64,000 nucleotides of DNA from Pecten maximus. Lineage: Eukaryota. Below are positions 62,701 to 64,000 of this stretch, piece after piece. Positions within the stretch are counted from its first letter, which is position 1, and each line of letters opens with the position of its first letter. The notes under the pieces are model-generated. The model searched no databases and was not told the origin of the DNA. It worked only from the letters and a program-made list of their open reading frames with translations. The translations under genes and the position numbers were made by a program. The DNA lies in NCBI RefSeq assembly GCF_902652985.1, contig NC_047019.1:12276001-12340000 (forward strand), read 5' to 3'.

Positions 62701-62962
62701 ACAAACAAAACAAGCAATTCCACAGTTACTGGAGAAGCCTGGAGAGACAGAACTATATATAGACAGAAACTCCTGCATGAGCAGAAAGTGATTATGTTCT
62801 GAGGTCACTTTCATATGTAGTTTTTGTTCTCTATGTTACTGATCAATCCCAGAGGCCATGAGCTACTTCCTCGAGTTTTAAGATACTTCTTCCACTGGTG
62901 GGGCCGCATGTGGATCCAAGTCAGCTTTGGAAGCCAGCTTCCAAAAGTTTGATAACTTTTAC

Positions 62963-63570
62963 AGACATGAAGTCTGTGTATTTAGGCCGTTTAGCATTAA
63001 TCATCCGCTTGGTAAGCATTCACCCATCCTCTTCAAAGTTTGGCACACTGATAGTCTGGTTACAGCACAGGGATTAACATCAGCAAAGATCACAGGGCTG
63101 TGTATGACTTGCCATTTTCTTCCTTGGGAGCACGTCTTTCAAACCCAGAGCAAACACGTTGCTATGTTAGTTGGTGCACACTATGTGGGTTACACGGTAG
63201 GCTTGATCTACCTGTCCTCCATGCTGGCCAATCACATTCTCCCAACTGTCAATCTGATCTAGTCCCATCATCTCTAGTAGTCTGTTATGTAGAAAATTCA
63301 TCCCAGCAAGCACATGTCAGCAGCCACATTTTCAGCAAGGTTAGTCTGATGTGTAGAAAATACATCCTAGCAAGCACATGTTGGCAGGCACATTGTCGGT
63401 AGGGTTATGACCCCAATAGGTAGGCGTCTGTGGGGACTGTGATGTGTGTTGACCCTTCTATGACCATGTGGCAGATCCGTATCGTTGAGCAGGATGGTGA
63501 TGGGGCACATTCAAGTTCAAGTCAGGAATCTGATGAATCTTGTTTGTGTTTGGGCGTGGTCGAGAAGAGT
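62963..63570 (-). pseudogene. PAXIP1: PAXIP1/PTIP-like pseudogene fragment (tandem BRCT region)
   Basis: Minus-strand pieces TYWGHNPTDNVPANMCLLGCIFYTSD*, EMMGLDQIDSWENVIGQHGGQVDQAYRVTHIVCTN*, VLPRKKM, HSPVIFADVNPC and NQTISVPNFEEDG*MLTKRMINAKRPKYTDFMS. They parallel PTIP LFGHDP..FLLGCVFAIADY...WKRIIQAHGGTVD...THLLC...VLKKKKM...PCSQHIISVTGF...AKYTGYL. Contains stops, frameshifts and a ~64-bp internal duplication. Confidence 0.8.
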
Positions 63571-64000
63571 TAGTTTCTTAATGTCCGCTCAGGTTGATTC
63601 CCTAGTTGTTTTAAAGCAATTTACATTGGGAATTGGGCCTATTAACCGTCCAAATGACATCAGAAAAAGTCCTGAAGTAGATATATTTTTAACCGATATA
63701 TCAAATTATACACCACGTTCCAATAAAATGGCATATTCTGAAAATGTTGTAACGACGATCACAAAGTGTGCAACCAAGAAATCATTTTATTTAGTGATGA
63801 AGACAAAGTTAACTGTAGAGCAATTTGTTGACCTCAACAATGTATACACTTATAAACTTCTTTATATATTCTACATTGGTATTATATCGAACCAATATGA
63901 GATTAAGAGACAGAACAAGACGAATCCACCCGTGGTTAGTTATATTATTTTTTTATGAATTTGCACACTTAATAAAAATAAGTATTTGCTACTTACCACA

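Noticed and set aside
63485-63958. 157-aa plus-strand ORF
   Set aside because: Non-ATG start, no recognisable domain, and partly antisense to the PAXIP1 pseudogene.

Overview
AT-rich eukaryotic (metazoan) genomic DNA with GT-AG introns; the repeat content (SINEs, Helentron-type arrays, TA-flanked MITEs) suggests a bivalve mollusc (inference). Three spliced genes can be reconstructed by eye. (1) An intact 9-exon SLC22 organic cation transporter-like gene (+, 13860-27717, 542 aa) with minisatellite-rich introns. (2) STRAP/Unrip (-, 38788-32440, 7 exons, 327 aa). (3) Head-to-head with STRAP, a CASP8AP2/FLASH-like gene (+, 39057-52989, ~2597 aa once four +1 frameshifts in its 7.5-kb last exon are corrected), carrying the LDLY motif, coiled coil, an EEGEI motif and three coding tandem-repeat blocks. 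Also present: a probable signal-peptide exon at the left edge, a PAXIP1/PTIP pseudogene fragment at the right edge, decayed Penelope-like and LINE pieces, and many non-autonomous elements. The most unusual object is a 437-bp miniature LTR retrotransposon (TRIM) in FLASH intron 1. Its two LTRs each contain a tRNA-like cloverleaf, and it has a PBS, a PPT and a near-perfect 4-bp TSD. A hAT derivative in the same intron keeps an intact BED-finger-only ORF. All assignments come from motif recognition; no database search was run.
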